A stretch of DNA of 62,585 nucleotides, filler included, from Jimgerdemannia flammicorona (lineage: Eukaryota), in NCBI GenBank assembly GCA_003990765.1. It is 2 parts of 2 records of this genome, joined end to end, with 100 filler letters (N's around TTAATTAATTAA, not from the genome) between each part and the next. Parts side by side here need not be neighbours in the genome. Positions count along the whole stretch, not along the records: positions 31,360 to 62,585 come from RBNJ01000407.1; 1 more part is not named here. The stretch is one strand, 5' to 3'. Made by a program: the position numbers and the translations under genes. Below, in pieces: positions 38,773-52,570 of this stretch (position 1 is the stretch's first letter; every line of letters begins with the position of its first letter). The notes below the pieces were generated by a model. The model saw nothing but the letters and a program-made list of their open reading frames with translations. It did no database searches and was not told where the DNA came from.

Positions 38773-41700
38773 GATATTTCTTGAGTCGGTTTTGATAAAT
38801 GGTGGTGGGGATTATTGTGCCTGAGGGTTTTCATAGCCAAAAGGTGGTTCCTTTTATATCTTGCACAAGGTAAGGTCCTTCCCACTTGGGCTCTAGTTTT
38901 CGTGACCATGAAGCTTCGATCATATTCCAATACACCAGGACTTTGTCTCCTATCTTGATAATCTCCAGGGGTTTGTGGGTCTTTTCCGCATTCCTCCATT
39001 GTAGTGTCTGTGCCTTCGTTATGTAATTCTCAGTCTTCTTCCTGATTTAGTGTAGTCTCCATATTTCCATGTCTATATGTTTTCATATAGCATCTCCATT
39101 GGATGACAAGGTTCCCTGAGAACATTCTTCTCTGAACAGCATTTCTCAAGGGATAAAGTGGATACTTTGTGATTGGATATCCCGGAGAGTAGATAATGCT
39201 ATTGGTAGATAGTAATCCCAGTTCTCATAGCTATTGCAGATCTTGGCAATAACATTCTTGAGAGTTTTGTTGGTTCTTTCTACTTGTCTGTTTTCTTGAG
39301 GGTGATATGCTGTAGTCTGAATATGCTGGATCTTATACTTCTTGTAGAGAACTTCGAAGAACTGGTTCACGAATTCAGTTCCTCTATCTGTAGTTACTTG
39401 TGTTGGGGTCTTGAACTGGCAGATGATTTCTTTGTGGAAGAAATCGGCGATTAACTATGCATTGGCTTCCATAAGAGGTCCCACTTCTATCCATTTTGTA
39501 AAGAGGTCTACAATAATGATGATGTATCAGTTGCCAGTCAAAGTCAAGGGTAGGGAGCTGATTATATCCATTGCAATGTGGGCAAATGGTACTGGTTCTA
39601 TGTGTGCTGATCCTGGGGCTTGATTTTGTTGATCTTGTTTCTGTTTCTGGCATTTGTCGCAGGTCTTGACGAATTGTCTGATATCTTCCTCCATCTCTGG
39701 CCACCATATTGTTCTTCTTGCCTTGTCGTATGTATTTGTTCCTCCTAGATGGCCAAGTTCATATACTGATTTCATTGCTTACTCCTTTTTGTGTTCTGGT
39801 ATGACTAGTAGTTTTCCTTTCTTCAGTATTTCTCCATCAGTTTCGAATTGTTTCCATGTTCTGTTGATAATCATTTGTGTCCATTCTTCCAGATGTTGGA
39901 GCATCTTTCGCTGTCCCAGGTATATGATAATTCCATAGTAGAGCTCCTTATTCATGGCGATTTTGTGAGGGTGGGGTCCTTTGGGGTATCTGTGAGAGGG
40001 CATCTGTATTGGCATTGGTTCTTCCAGAATGATGTACGATGGTTACATCATAAGCTTGCAACTTCATTATCTATCTGGTATAGATTCCTTTGGGTTGTCC
40101 AGTTGTCAGTAACCAGGTGAGAGCTGAGTGGTCTGTTTGGATGGTGAAGTGTCTTCTGGCCAAGTAGTAGTAGAACTTTTCTACAGCCCAGATGACTGCG
40201 AGGCATTCTAACTTGTAGGATTCGTATTCTTTTTCAGCTCCTTGGGTTCCATGGCTGAGGTATGTGATGACATACTCCACTTTGTCTTTCTTTTGAGCTA
40301 GGACTGCTCCTAGTCCTTGTGTGCTTGCATTGGTCTGTAGGATGAATTCTTGAGTCCAGTCAGGTTTTCTGAGGATGGGTGCCTGGGTCAGTCTGACCTT
40401 GAGTTCATCAAATGCTTTTTGTTGTCTGCCAGTCCACTGGAACTTGGTATCCTTCTTGTTAAGTTTGTAGATTGGTCCCACAATATTAGAAAATCCTCTA
40501 ATAAATCTGCGATAATAGGAGGTGAGTCCCATGAAGGCTTGGGCTTCCGTAACAGTAGTGGGTCTTGGGTATGTGACCACTGCTTGTATCTTGAGGGGGT
40601 CCATGTGTGTTCCATCTCAGTTGATGATATGGCTGAGATAGGAGATCTCGATTTCTGCAAACTTGCACTTCTTGGATTTGATGTAAAGGCCATGTTGTCT
40701 TAGTCTTTCCATTATCTGCTGTATGTGCTGCAGATGTTCCTCAGGTGTCTTGCTGTAGATAATTACATCATCGACATAGACCATCATCCATCTTCCCATA
40801 TTATAGTGGAAGATTTTATTTATCATTCGCTGGAAACTTGCTGGTGTATTGCACATTTCAAATGGCATTTATAGGTAGACGTAGGTTCCGTCTGGAGTGA
40901 TGAAAGCTGACTTTTCACTTGCCATGTCTGTGAGTCCGATTTGGTGGAATCCCAAGTATAAGTCCAAGGTGCTGTAGTACTGTGCTTCATCTCCCAGTGT
41001 TATAAGGATGTCATTGATGAGGGGCAGTGGTTGGCGATCCTTCTTGGTAACCATGTTGAGTTTTCTGTAGTCAATATAGAGTCTTGGGGCGAATTCTCCA
41101 GGCTTGCTTCCTTTTTTCGGGGCTAGTACAACAGGTGAGGACCAGGGGCTGCTTGCTTCTTTAATGATGCCAGCTTCTTCCATCTGCTTGATTTCTTCTC
41201 TGAGCCATTCTCGGTAGGCTGGTAGGACAGGTCTTGCTTTCTGATAAATTGGTTCGGTATCTCCAGTATCTACTTCATGATAGTAGTGTGGGGTCTTTCC
41301 TTTGATATTCTTGAAATCTGTGGCAAGAACATCTTTGAATTCATGGAGTATTTTCTTGAGTTCTTTCTTGAGTGGAAATTTGTTTCTGATGATATAACTG
41401 TGCTTACTTGTGTTTTTCTCCTTCTTATACTTGAGTTCAGTGATCTTGATATTGGCGAATACTTCTCTTCCTATAGATCCAAATTCTTTCTTTCCTCTTC
41501 TTGTGTCCTCCAGCTTCTTGACTTCTATGATCTTTGGTTGTAGGATCAGAAAGATCAACATTTGCACCAATCGGTTCTTCTTCTTGACTGGAAATGGGAT
41601 TGTAGGATTGTGATTCCTAGCAATGAGTAGAATTTCTCCAATATAGTCTGAATCAATGACTCCTCCTTCGATTGTAATTTCACTTCTAGCCAGACTGCTT

Positions 41701-43355
41701 GTCTTGAGAATCCCGACATGGTCCTTTGGGATGGTCATCTTCAATCCAGTTGTAAGTAGGGTGGTTGTCTGGGGTTCCAGTACAGTCTCTTCTACTATAA
41801 TGATGTCCATTCCGGCTGCATTTTCTGACTTATATTCTGGCAAGACTGCATCAGGGTGAATCTTTCGAATCTTGACCTTGATATCTTCTTCATCATCACT
41901 GTCCTCCAGGAGGGCTGGTGGTTCATCATCTTCCTCCTTCTTTTCTTCCTTAATCTGTTTTTTGAGAGCTTTCTGTCTTCTTTCCTGGTGGATCTTCCTG
42001 ATTCCAATGGTGCACTGGTAGCAATCATTAACATGCTCCATGCTGTACATTTTGATCCCATGAGGACAGACTTCTTGTGGTGCATAGCCTTCTGCCATCT
42101 TCTTGCATTATTCTTCTTCACTCATCCATTTGACTTTCTTCTTCTTTGGAATAGTCACTATATAAGCTTCCTCTTGCTCGCTCTCTTCTTCCTCCATGTC
42201 GGGCAAGACTCCTTTGTTGACATTGATGAGAATTTATATCTTCTGTTCCTGGTAAGTGATCTGCATCTTCTGGGCATTGTAATCAATTACTGTCTTGGCT
42301 TTGTGAAGCCACTAATTGCTGATGAGAATGTTATAGTTGGTGGCATTAGTTATGATTATATCTACTGAGATGATTGCTCCTCCAATCTTGATGAAAACAT
42401 CTCGGATCTTTCCCAGAGGTGTGGCTCTTGTACCATCAGCTATGATGAACACCAGCTTTGTTGCTTCTTCTACATCCCAACCTAGGCGGTCTGCTGCCTT
42501 CTTGCTGAGGAGGCATCCTCCTGCTCCTGTATCAATGATGGCCTCAAAGATTCTATCTTTGATTTGGCATATTGCATATGCAGAGGTTTTGTGATTATCC
42601 TCACTTTCTTCTCCTAAGTCCTCTTGAGCATTATTGGCCTTGGTTATCTTCCATCCCTGTTCCTTAGTTGTTTCAGCAAGTCCAAACCTCATTTGCTATC
42701 TGAATGTTGGGATTTCTGCAAGCTGACCAAAGGTTGCATTAACCTTTTGTTGGCTGAGGTCCTTGAAGATATCATACTTAAAGGTTTTGGTCTTGCGAAG
42801 CTTCTTCTCTTTTTCTCCTTCACTGGCTAGAGTGGTTCCTCAGATGATATCTTGAACTGCTTGCTCCAGCTCTGTATCTTAGTCCATCTCTTCGACTTGA
42901 CTTTCTGTGGCAGTTTCCATCTGCTTTTCTACTGAATTCTTTTTGGGTCTTTCTGGTGATCTCTTGTAGTGTTCTTTGCAAGCATCCTTCTTGGTGGTCT
43001 GAGCAGGATAGGCCTCCCATTCTTCTTCATCAGAATCTCTGATCTCCTCGAAGGTAATTATATTGGCCTGCTCCTTGTTTCGTGTAGCATTACTTGGTTG
43101 AGCCTTGTGCTTGGTTTTACTTATGCATTCATAGGAGTAGTGGCCTTCTTCTCCACAAGTATAGCAGGTACCTTTCTTCTTGTCTGAGGTGGCAGCGAAC
43201 TTCTGAACAGAGCAGCGGTCTCTTCCTCAAATTTCCTTTGCCATGTCTCCCAGGTGGGCAGTCATTTCAGCAAACCTTTTGGTGAGTTCCTCCATAGGGT
43301 CACTGTTCTTTTGCTGCTCTATAGCTTTTGGCTGGGGTGTGTTCCGATTGATCAT

Positions 43356-45394
43356 TGTAAGCGCACAACCTCCAAGCCACTGAAATCACACACGACCTCT
43401 GAACAAATCTGAAAATCACCTGCTTGATCACGAAGCTGAGTCAAACCGAAGTTACAGCGCACAAAGCTGAGTCAATACGAAGTCACGGAATACAAGATTT
43501 ATACAAATAGAATCTTACCAATCAGGACCAGATGCATATATACCAAGCACCGAGACATGTCGAATCAGAGAACCAAAACAAACAACAACCACAACTTCCA
43601 AATACACAAACATAACCACTGAGATCTACAACTGCATCCGCGCTGATATTTGGAATACCATTGTCAACCGAGCCACACCCCCTCTGCCCCTCATGAATAT
43701 CCATAGCCTGCACCCCTCTACTTCATGAAAGCCCGATGGAATGCACTGAACATGCTTAGTGAGGCCCACCGAATCAGACAAATCTCAAGCTACTACCAGA
43801 TCGGCCGCCTCCTGGAAGACATGATCGAACACCACCATGATACAGACATTACTCAGATGTCTCAACACCAGAAGCTCATTGCCTGCAAACATCAAGAACT
43901 CTTCTATGAGTACAACACCTTTATTCCCCGCCTTCAAGTTACTACCAGCGAAATAATTGCTATCCTGTCCTACAGCCAAATTGATGACATGATACAAGAA
44001 CTCAACCACAAGTATCTCAAGTATGTCCAGACCACAGATAGAACCTTCCCGCACCCTGATGACTATATCCTGCAAATGCCCTAAGTCAGATATGCTATGA
44101 AGGATGTCTATGATATAATCCACTTCGACGAAGATGAAGTAGAAGACAATGATCCCTCTGACGCCGACATGATCTCTAGCCAAGGATCTCTGCCAACCCT
44201 GATCACACCACCAAACTTGCCGATGAACTTGCAACAGTTCATAACTGCATATGAGACTTATTGGGACAATGACCACTGGCACGAATACCAACCCATGTTC
44301 ACCCCTGACTACTTCAACTACAATGAAGAAACCGGAGAATACAACCTGTACCTCCAGACAACCCTCGAGATTGAACCAACCACTCCACCATCTGAGTATG
44401 AGCGATATGAACCACAGCTGCTAGCTTACTACAATCCTGCAACCCATAGTACTGTAACCTATAGAAGGTACGCAAACAGTGAATCCGATGAAAGCGAAGA
44501 CAATACACCCATCCTCCACTCACCAACACCTTATCCAGCATACAAGACAGACGATGCTATCCTGTGGGACGGAGATGAAGTCCCAATGTATTATTATCTC
44601 AGTGAACAAGGAGAAGTAATCCACGAACCACTCTTCCTAGATGACTACTTCATCAGAGATGATGCAATCGATGGTGATGTCATCGAGGATTACCCAGATA
44701 GTGCCTGAAACCATAAATAGTCTAGCAGTTATAGTATAGTTAGATTAGCCTCACATGACATGACTGTGAACTGACTCAGCAGTCAGATGATCTCTTGACA
44801 TGTCAGATCACACTTGTACTATGTGACTGCATTCCGACTCAGCAAGGCACTTAGTGCTACATCCATATCTAGCATAGTCCAGATAGCCCCTCACTAGTAT
44901 AAATACCCCCTCCCCCAGACCTCAGAATCTCAGACTTGAATAGACTCGAATACACAAGAACATTCCTGAATACTTTCCCACAATATCCCTTCACACAACT
45001 ACTTCTAGTATAGCAATATCATGAATAGCAAATAAACCTATTCCATAACCCACAAAATACTCTTAAGTAAATCTGCTCCCTGTTAGGTCCTACTCCTAAC
45101 TCTGTCATGAAATTTTCTAATTGGGTATTGTCTGCAGCGATACACCAACTCAACTAAGCTGGTCTTAGTTTCTTGAACTTCCTGAAATACGGAAAAATCC
45201 TGAACATCCAGAACTAGTCCAAAAAGGACTTTGGTTGAGACGTCAACCCAATCTTGAAATCAATAAGCATAGAGGATGTACTCCATATGAAATTGATCTT
45301 GGCCATAAGAAAACAGTCTTCCAGAACATTCAGAATATCCAGAAAACCTTTCCAGAACTATGTAACAGTTACCCTAAAAAGCAACTCTCTTACA
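43356..45394 (+). mobile_element. Element D copy 1: 2,039-bp solo-LTR-like insertion containing an ORF
   Basis: Termini TGTAAG...CTTACA; exact 5-bp TSD ATCAT (43351-43355 and 45395-45399); interrupts gag of element C; ORFs 43725-44084 and 44097-44708 are in the same frame. Confidence 0.9.
43725..44708 (+). pseudogene. Unknown protein inside element D (helical N-terminal domain plus acidic, Tyr/Pro-rich tail)
   Basis: The TAA at 44082-44084 is CAA in copy 2, so the 119-aa and 203-aa ORFs were one frame. Confidence 0.75.
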
Positions 45395-47788
45395 ATCATT
45401 GTGGTAGGGATCACACTGGTTGCCTTGGGTGCTTTGATTCTGACTCCTGTAACCCTTTCCATTGTATGGTCTTGTGGATGTCTGGCTATCCAATATTGCT
45501 AAGCATAGGTGACCTTCTGTGGCAGATCCAGAATCACTGGTGATGAGCGGATGGCCATGGCTATTTCTGAATGGACCCCTTTCATAAAGGTTGCTTTGGC
45601 TACTTGATCTCAGATAGCAGCAGCATAATCTGCAAGAATTATCTGATATCAAATTCTGGTATAGAATGTGTTTGGATCCTCGCTCATTCCTTGGCATGTT
45701 GTATTGAGCTAATCCTTCAGGGCTTGCTTGATCTTGTCTGTGTAATATATGTTTCGGAGCCAGGTCTTTTGTACTGTCAGTATAGCATTGGCATCATTTC
45801 CTACATAGATTGTAGCTGTGAATGCTGCTCTGGCAGGGCCTCATAGACTGAAGGGCATGAGTGCTACTTGCTGTACTACTGTCAAGGTCCTTACAGCAGC
45901 ATACTGCTCGAAATCATCAATGAAGGTGATGATTGATTCATCTGAGGTATATCCATGGAATACTGGTGGTCTCATATCCATCTTGTCTGAGTGTTGGGGC
46001 TTGGTTTGGGTAGTGGTGGTTGTTCATTGTTCAGCTTGAAAGTGAGGGATTCATCTTGAATCACCAGCCAATGGGCACCAAGTTGTAACATAGTGGATGC
46101 TTACTCTTAAAAGTATGTCGGATTTCTATATCTTGAAAACTTGACTGTTCTGACTCTCGCAGAGTCTCTTGAAGTTGTAGGGAAGGGTGGGTGAGTTCGA
46201 AGTGTATCTGCCTACAGGCTTACTAGTTCCTTTGCTATCTCTTTGCTTTGAACTATTTCAATCTGAGGTTTATTCACTCGAAGATACTGGGTTATTTATA
46301 CAAGTTTTGCTAGCTATGAGATAGTTACTAAGTTACATGGCTAAGTTTATGAGTCATTTAATACTTTGCAAAATGTTTCACCAGTTGCGAAATGCTATAC
46401 TATATCGGAAAGCTCGATCTTGCACTTTGTAGAATATTTAGCAAGTTGCGAAATCAAGAACTGTTAACTATGTGGCTATACTACTTTGGGACTGGTTGCG
46501 ATCAAGTGTCTATTTCCTATTTTCTTCTGCCAAATCTGGCTATACTGTTACACTATATATATAAGATAGTCCTGAATAGTAAGATTCAATATATGGGCCT
46601 AATATTATATATAGCAGCTTTCTATACTGAAGGCCACATTTTTCTGTTTGAGGCTGGCTACTAAAACTTGGAAAAATGTTGAGTTGTTTATAGTATTGTC
46701 TATTATAATAGCCAAAATCTATATTTGAAATATTTGGTTGGCAAATTTATGCAAAAAAAAATAATTAATAAAATCTGGTTTGTTTTAAGATCTCTCTCAA
46801 AATACTAACCTAATGGCAAGCCCTTCTTTTTTATCTTAGTTGTGATCCCAAGCTCTTGGATATAACTAATAAAAGTATCTACAATGTTATCTCCAAAATA
46901 AGGACCAGCAAGTTTGACAAAGTCAAGAGTGAGAGATTTAAGCTACTAATTGAGATCAATCTAATGCCCAGTAATATTCAGAAATAAAATTATATTGGAG
47001 GATATCTATGTATCAATCATAAATAAAATTTTGTCTGCTGAATTCTGTTTATTAAATGTAAGGTTATATTGGTAAGCTTTTTATAAAAAAATATATATAA
47101 TTTAGCTTGCAAAGATTACAGTACTGTCTTTATTTTATCTGAAGTATCTGATAGAGGTTATCATATGTACTCCTTTCTATAGGCCTCCAGGATATCTTTG
47201 TAAATAGTATCAGTACTTGGTAAATATAAATCATACTTGAGGAGGCCAAAGATACTATGCAATTGATCACTCTCAATGATTGTGAATGGCTAGTCTGTAT
47301 ATGCAATCTAACAAATAAACTAACTTTAAAATTCTACTGAAGAGTATGGCTAAATATTTTTAATTAAATGAGGTTATTGGTATAGAAATGGTCAGACAAT
47401 TGGATAAATATACCCACCATAGCTTGAATGTTGATTTTATTTATCTCTATGTTCTTTTTGATTTTGTTAGAATACTTGTCTTTTATGTATCAATATATGT
47501 TCAAAGTCATACCACTAAGTATTTTGAACTTCTAACTAGTGTAGTTTATAGGGGTGGATAAAACAGTATCATATATATATCAAACAAAAGTGTCAGTTAT
47601 ATCAATAGATATATCTTAATTTTTTATCTATAATAATTACAAATAATATCATCTCTTATCTTAGTACAATATTGTCAGATTTCAGAGTAAGGATTGTGTG
47701 GAAGGTGTGGAACTATTAGAAATATTTAACTTGAAGCATCATTGGTACTGTAAACTGTTGAAGACTGATCTGTTAACATATATATATT

Positions 47789-49775
47789 TGTAAGAGGGTT
47801 CTCTTTTCAGGGTAACTGTTACATAGTTCTGGAAGGGTTTTCTGGAAGTTCTGGATATTCTGGAAGACTGTTTTCTTATGGTCAAGATCAATTTCATATG
47901 GAGTACGTCCTCTATGCTTATTGATTTCAAGATTGGGTTGATGTCTCAACCAAAGTTCTTTTTTGGACTAGTTCTGGATGTTCAGGATTTTTCATATTTC
48001 AGAAAGTTCAAGAACTAAGGCCAGCTTAGTTGAATTGGCATATCACTGCAGACAATACCCAATTAGGAAATTTCATGATGGAGTTAGGAGTGGGACCTAA
48101 TGGGGAGTAGATTTACTTAAAAGTAGTTTATGGGTTATTAAATAGGTTTATTCGCTATTCATGATATTGCTATATTAGAGTTGTGTCAAGAGATATTGTG
48201 GAGAAGTGTGTTCAGATTGTTCAGGTCTAAGATTCTGAGGTCTGGGGGAGGGGGTATTTATACTAGTGAGGGGCTATCTGGACTATGCTAGATATGGATA
48301 TAGCACTAAGCACCTTGTTGAGTCAGAATGCAGTTATGTAGTACAAGAGTGATCTGAAATGTCAAGAGATCATCTGACTGCTGAGTCAGTTCACAGTCAT
48401 ATCATACAAGACTAATCTAACTATACTATGACTGCTAAGCTATTTATAGGTTTAGATACTATCTGGGTAGTCTTCGATAACATCACCATCGATAACATTA
48501 TCTCTGATGAAGTAGTCATCTAGGAAAAGTGATTTGCAGATTACTTCTCCTTGTTGGCTGAGGTAATAATATATTGGAACTTCATCTCTATCCCACAAGA
48601 TGGCATCATCCATCTCATATGTTGGATAAGGTGTTGGTGGGCAGAGGAGAGGTACATTGCCTTCACTTTCATCAGATTCACTGTCTGCATATCTTCTGTA
48701 GATTACAGCACTATGAGTCACAGGGTTGTAGTATGCTGGTGGCTGTGGTTCATATCACTTGTACTCAGGTGGTGGAGTGGTTAGTTCAGTCTCGAGGGTT
48801 GTCTGAAGATACAGGTTGTGTTCTCCAGTCTCTTCATTGTAGTTGAAGTAATTGGGAGTAAATACAGATTGGTATTCATACCAGTGGTCATTGTCTCAAT
48901 AAGTCTCATATGCTGTTATGAATTGTTATAAGTTCATTGGCAAGATTGGTGGTGTGATCAGGGTTGGCAGGGATCCTTGGCTTGAGGTCATGTTGGCATC
49001 AGAGGGATCATTGTCTTCTGCTTTGTTTTTGTTGAAGTAGATTATATCATAGACGTCCTTTATGGCATATCTGACTTGGGGCATTTGCAGGATATGATCA
49101 TTGAGATATGGGAAGGTTCTGTCTGTAGTTTTGACATACTCAAGGTACTTATAGTTGAGTTCTTATATCATGTCATCAATTTGACCATAGGACAGGGTAG
49201 TAACCATTTCAGCTATAGTAACTCAGAGGCGGGAAATAATAGTGCTATATTTATAGAAGAGTTCTCAATGTTTGCAAGCAATGAGCTTCTGGTGTTGAGA
49301 CATCTGGGTAATATCTGTATTATGATGGTGTTCGACCATGTCTTCCAGAAGGCAGCTGATCTGGTAGTAGCTTGAGATTTATCTGATCTGGTGGGCCTTG
49401 TTAAGTATGTTCAGGGCATTCCATCAGGCTTCTATAAAGTAAAGGGGTGCTAGGCTATGGATATTCATGAGGAGTAGAGGGGGTGTGGCTCAGTTGACAA
49501 TAGCATTCCAAATGTCAGTATAGATGTAGTTGTAGATCTCACTGGTCATATTTGAATATGTTCAGAAGTTGTGATTATTGTTTATTTTGATTCTCTGTTC
49601 AACACGTCTTAGTACTTGGTATATATATATTTGGTTCTAATTAGTAAGATTCTGTTTATGTGAATCTTGTGTTCCATGACTTCATGTTGACTCAGCTTCA
49701 TAATCAAGCAGGTGATTTCCAGATTTGTTCGAAGGTCGCATATGATTTTAGTAGCTTGGAGGTTATGCACTTATA
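47789..49775 (-). mobile_element. Element D copy 2 (inverted, more decayed)
   Basis: Reverse complement homolog of 43356-45394 along its length; termini TGTAAG / CTTATA; flanks ATATT and TCTCT do not form a TSD. Confidence 0.9.
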
Positions 49776-50069
49776 TCTCTACTTACCTCATTGAGAAGAA
49801 CCAGATCCTATCTACTATTCTATACTTTGAGAAGAGTTTTTCTTTATCTATTATTCTCTTTGGAGTAGTAGAAGCTATATAAATTAGCTTGGACATAACC
49901 TTATATATATATTGGGATTTCAGATATATACCTAAAGTATATATTTATTACTCTCTGGTAGTAGAAAGAGTATAATATATAGAATGAGATATAGATAACT
50001 TTGTCCTACTATATCTAATATAGTTAAGCTACTGAACAATAGCTAGCTTAAATTTAATAGAGATATAGT

Positions 50070-50160
50070 ACTTGGTGGGTGGTGGGAGAGGGTTTTGACT
50101 TATATAGTCTAGATTCTCTTCCAATAAAATCTATAAGACTTTGGGTCTATTAAAAAAATA
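50070..50160 (+). mobile_element. LINE 3'-terminal fragment with A-rich tail
   Basis: Reverse complement of the termini at 20362-20445 and 31141-31220. Confidence 0.6.
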
Positions 50161-51746
50161 AATAAATAAATATATATTTATAATAAAAATAATTATACTT
50201 TATTAAAAGATGAATATTTCACTGGAAAAGTGAAAGTAAAATCAAGGTTAAATGATAAAACTTGTTCTGTTAATTAAAAATCTAAAAAAATTATCACTAA
50301 AGAAGAATATAATAAATTTTTAAAAAAATAGTAATAGAAAAAATTTCCTTAACTATAGATATATAAATAGAGTTAGTTAAAATATTTAAAATCAGTATTT
50401 TGAAATTGATGGCAAAAAACTTACCCCAGAAGAATTAGAAGTCAATAAAAAATAAATATTTTCTTCCAAACTTTCAAGAAAAAAAAAGAATCAGAATAAA
50501 GTTCCTTATAACAGCAAACTAGTACTCAATTAATTTTTACCTTAGGGCTAGGTCTTTTTATTGTTTTGGTTTGCTTACTCCTAAGTTCAAAAAAACAAAG
50601 AAAATAGATTGCAAAGAAAGTGAGCCAAGAAATTTTGAAAAATTCTATTTGAAAATTTAAAGTTACGAGCAAAAATAACCGAGTGACGTCACAAGTTCAA
50701 TTTGTCTGGTTTTGTTGCAGCACGCCACCCCCAATTTGGCCCCTAGCAACCATCTCCGCTTGCATGCAATCGGCCTCGCACGGCCCTTATTCCGCTGCCG
50801 CCCCGGATCCTGCTGCCCCGGATCTGGGCTGTTGGCGGGCGTACGTTCCACCATCCGTCAGCGATGAATCACTGCGCTGACGTTGCATACAACATTCGGT
50901 TCGTTATATCTACATAAGGTTGAGATATCGTTTTGATGGATATATCAGGTTGCTGTCATTCATTGACTGACTGACGGTTCTTTGATTGGGACGACTCAAC
51001 AGACCAACCACCCATGGATGTGAATATGAAAAATTGAAATTGGGAACAATTGTTTATTGTCAGTTTCCGAAGATCAATGCGGAATCAGAGATGACTCGAC
51101 GCACCCACAACACGTGATTGCACAAGAGCAGAAAAATGAAAATGGGCATAGCAAAATGTACAGACAGACAAAAATAACTACTCTAGCACATACGAAAAAA
51201 GGGACCAGACCCTAGAAAGGAGGGAATGGCAAAGTTAGGGAATCGAAAATGAAAAGGGTTGATATGATACAACAAAAGGTGTAGCAAAAGGAAGTGGTGC
51301 GATCAACGGATGCAACAAAAAAATTATGACCCGATTACAATATACGAGGAAAGAGGTGAAGAAAAAAGAAAATCCATCAAAGATCAAATGATGGAAAAAA
51401 GCAGAAACACAAGAGAATCTAATTACACTGACTTTGTCTTCGTCAGGAAAAAGGTTATCTATTGTGCAAGAGCGTACCGACACATGAGAAGCCATTTGCA
51501 CTGATTTTGTCCTCATCAACGAAAGGGCCACAACTGTGTCAGACACATGAATCGAACGAAAGCCTTTCGGTCTTTCCGAAACGAAAAGAAAAAAGAAAAA
51601 AAAAGTTTGTATTCACATAAATGCATCCACCATCATCAAGCCCTATCACTTCACACGGACGCGCCACCGGCCATCGTGTACCACGCGCCTCCCCCACTTA
51701 CATTCCAGATGGGCCCAGACCCGTGGGCGGGGCTGGGCGCAGGAAG

Positions 51747-52529
51747 TCATTTCTTTGCCTTCTTCTTCTCCGCCTCCGAGTCCTCCGATTCGTCCTCCCT
51801 CGGCCTGGTGCGCGATTTGGGCGAGCTGTCGTTCTTGCCAAGTAGCGAGGGCTTGTAGTCCGGGCGCGCCGGGGGCCAGTTGAACGCCCCGCCAGCCGAC
51901 GTGGGCGTGTTGGAGAAGTTGAGTGGACTTAGCAGTTCATTCTGTTCGTAAAATTCCGGGTAGAAGGTGCGGGGCGACGGGAGGTTGTGAGCAAATTGTG
52001 AGGGCAGGGCGGAAGGTGGACCAGGTTCACTGTGGATGGACGATGCTTGCGATGTCGGAGGCTGGTGGTGAGTGGAAAGGAAACGTGAATAGGTTAGATT
52101 GAGTTTTCCCTGATTCTATACGCAATATTATTGGCCGAGAAAACATGTCTAAATAGGATGTATGAACGACATATTACCTGAGTAGCGGGTGGCTGTTGAT
52201 TTTCGAGTTCTTTACGAACCGAATCAGGTCCGTGCTGTTGCTGCTGCTGTTGCTGCTGTTGCTGCTGCTGCTGCTGTTGCTGCTGTTGCTGCGGTTGCTG
52301 CGGTTGCTGCTGCTGCGGTTGGGCCTGTGCCGGTTGGGTCGGTTGGTTAGGCTTTTTGTCGTTCCCTTCGGGGATGTGCACACGAAGCTTAGGTTTCTTC
52401 TGCCCCGTCGTCGGGCTGATGCCACTCGGGCTAATTGTGCTGGGAGACATGTTCGCACCATTCGTTGAGGGGATTGGCGATGTCTGTATCGGCGGTGGGA
52501 GAGTACCGTGATGACTTTGTTGCTGCTGC

Positions 52530-52570
<41 letters not shown>

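Larger units (their letters stand above)
37805..46552 (-). mobile_element. Full-length Ty3/Gypsy family C element (gag, PR, dUTPase, RT, RNase H, integrase, extra ORF), interrupted by element D
   Basis: LTRs 37805-38273 and 46084-46552. PBS TGGTGCCCATTGG next to the 5' LTR; PPT at about 38274-38285. Degenerate TSD TTATG/CTATA. gag (MRPPVFHG) about 45400-45980, zinc knuckle CYTCGEEGHYSYEC about 43125-43165, PR IIDTGAG about 42530, dUTPase about 41450-41880, RT YVDD about 40770, RNase H about 40070-40400, integrase HLG..CDKC about 39000-39780. Confidence 0.95.

Noticed and set aside
46553..47788. Decayed coding-like sequence between elements C and D copy 2
   Set aside because: No motif could be recognised with confidence.
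50856..50882. Hairpin CGTCAGCG...CGCTGACG at the TE/gene boundary
   Set aside because: An 8-bp stem is too short to call a snoRNA or Helitron end, and there is no supporting context.
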